In this document: positions 62,853 through 64,000 of the stretch, one piece after another | Numbering within the stretch: position 1 is the first letter of the stretch | How the letters are laid out: every line of letters begins with the position of its first letter | Assembly: GCA_021732665.1 (NCBI GenBank) | Contig: JAKFUL010000006.1 | Span: 37-64,036, forward strand | Source of the DNA: Acetobacteraceae bacterium | Lineage (GTDB): Bacteria; Pseudomonadota; Alphaproteobacteria; Acetobacterales; Acetobacteraceae | DNA length: 64,000 nucleotides | Direction of reading: 5' to 3' | Program-made: the position numbers and the translations under genes | The notes under the pieces: model-generated | What the model was told of the DNA's origin: nothing | Databases searched by the model: none | What the model saw: the letters and a program-made list of their open reading frames with translations, nothing else

Positions 62853-64000
62853 TCAGCGCGACAAGGCTTCCAGAATCCGCGCCCAGGAGCGGATGGCGTG
62901 ATGGAAGCTCTTCAGGTCGTATTTCTCGTTCGGTGAGTGGATGCGGTCATCCTCCAGCCCGAAACCGGTCAGCATCACATCCATTCCCAGCGACGTCTTG
63001 AGCATGGCGGTGACGGGGATGGAGCCGCCGCCGCCGATGAACACCGCCTCGCGGCCCCATTCCTCGGTCAGTGCCTTTTGCGATTTCACGAAGGGCGCGC
63101 TTGCGATCGGGAAGCGAATGGCCGAGCCGGAGCCGTGTTCCAGGAACTCCACCCGGCAATCGGCGGGGATTCGGGCGCGGACGTGTTCGCGGAAGGCGGC
63201 GCGGACCTGGTGCGGGTCCTGGTCGAAGACCAGGCGGAAGGAGATTTTGGCGGATGCCGTCGAGGGGATGACGGTCTTGAAGCCGGCGCCCTGATAGCCG
63301 CCGCCCATGCCGTTGATCTCGCAGGTCGGCCGCGACCAGGTCTGTTCCAGGGCGGAGTAGCCCTTTTCGCCGGCCGGGATGGAAAGCCCGATGGCGCCGA
63401 GGAACGCATCGGCCGAAAAGCCAAGAGAATCCCATTGCGCCCGCAGCCCGGCATCCAGCTCCGGCACGCCGTCATAGAAGCCCTTCAGGGTGACGCGGCC
63501 GTCATCGTCATGCAGGTCGGAGATGATCCGCGCCAGGATGCGGTTGGGATTGGCCGCGGCCGAGCCATAGAAACCCGAATGCAGGTCGCGGTCGGCGGCG
63601 TGGATGATCACCTCCTCGCCGCAGAGCCCGCGCAGCATGGTCTGGATCGCAGGCGTCTGCGGGTCCCACATGTTGGTGTCGCAGATCAGGCCGATATCGG
63701 CGCGCAGCTCGTCCTTGTGCGATTCCAGGAAGGGGGGAAGGTTCACGCCGCCCGATTCCTCCTCGCCCTCAAGCAGGATGGTGACGGCGATGGGGAGTTT
63801 CCCGGTGACGGCCTTCCAGGCCCGGCAGGCCTCGATGAAGGACATCAGCTGGCCCTTGTCATCGGCCGAGCCGCGGCCGGTGATTTCCTTCGAGCCATCG
63901 GCGCGGGTCTGGATCGTGGGCTCGAAGGGGTCGCGGTCCCACAGCTTGATCGGGTCGATCGGCTGCACGTCGTAATGGCCGTAGAACAGGGCGGAGGGGC
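62853..64000 (-). CDS. M20 family dipeptidase, 5' end outside window
   Basis: YGHYDVQP, GRGSADDKGQ, EGEEESG, DLHSG, GGSIP, HSPNEK. Confidence 0.9.
   Translation of the reverse strand, partial: PSALFYGHYDVQPIDPIKLWDRDPFEPTIQTRADGSKEITGRGSADDKGQLMSFIEACRAWKAVTGKLPIAVTILLEGEEESGGVNLPPFLESHKDELRADIGLICDTNMWDPQTPAIQTMLRGLCGEEVIIHAADRDLHSGFYGSAAANPNRILARIISDLHDDDGRVTLKGFYDGVPELDAGLRAQWDSLGFSADAFLGAIGLSIPAGEKGYSALEQTWSRPTCEINGMGGGYQGAGFKTVIPSTASAKISFRLVFDQDPHQVRAAFREHVRARIPADCRVEFLEHGSGSAIRFPIASAPFVKSQKALTEEWGREAVFIGGGGSIPVTAMLKTSLGMDVMLTGFGLEDDRIHSPNEKYDLKSFHHAIRSWARILEALSR

Overview
A gene-dense, very GC-rich (roughly 70% by eye) chromosomal segment. Gene content (class I LysRS, type II homoserine kinase, fused SecDF, Bug/TTT receptors, hopanoid genes) suggests an alphaproteobacterium, probably a Roseomonas-like member of the Acetobacteraceae; this is inference. 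Most of it is housekeeping and envelope genes: an RND adaptor and outer-membrane factor, ribF, tadA, rluB-rsmD, gcvTHP behind a tandem glycine riboswitch, ispH-thrB-rnhA, dcp, lysS-mprF-like, lpdA, shc/hpnABM, yejABEF, secDF, zur, hisI and lpxB. I saw no rRNA, tRNA, CRISPR array, transposase or integrase. The best candidate for an undescribed system is a toxin-antitoxin-like module at 28.4-29.2 kb. It has a sigma70 promoter with a palindromic operator, a small gene of unknown family, and a 101-nt out-of-frame overlap into a HigA-like HTH protein whose N-terminal domain resembles the ribosomal L7/L12 C-terminal domain. Other notable items: a 52-aa secreted Arg-rich peptide missed by the ORF track, in-frame palindromic insertions in two genes, a TGG>TGA nonsense change in a Bug receptor, a triplicated zur 3' end, two divergent gene pairs each with a 21-bp spacer, a truncated MprF coupled to lysS, and a decayed fasciclin-like remnant. 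All family calls come from motif recognition by eye; no database searches were run.
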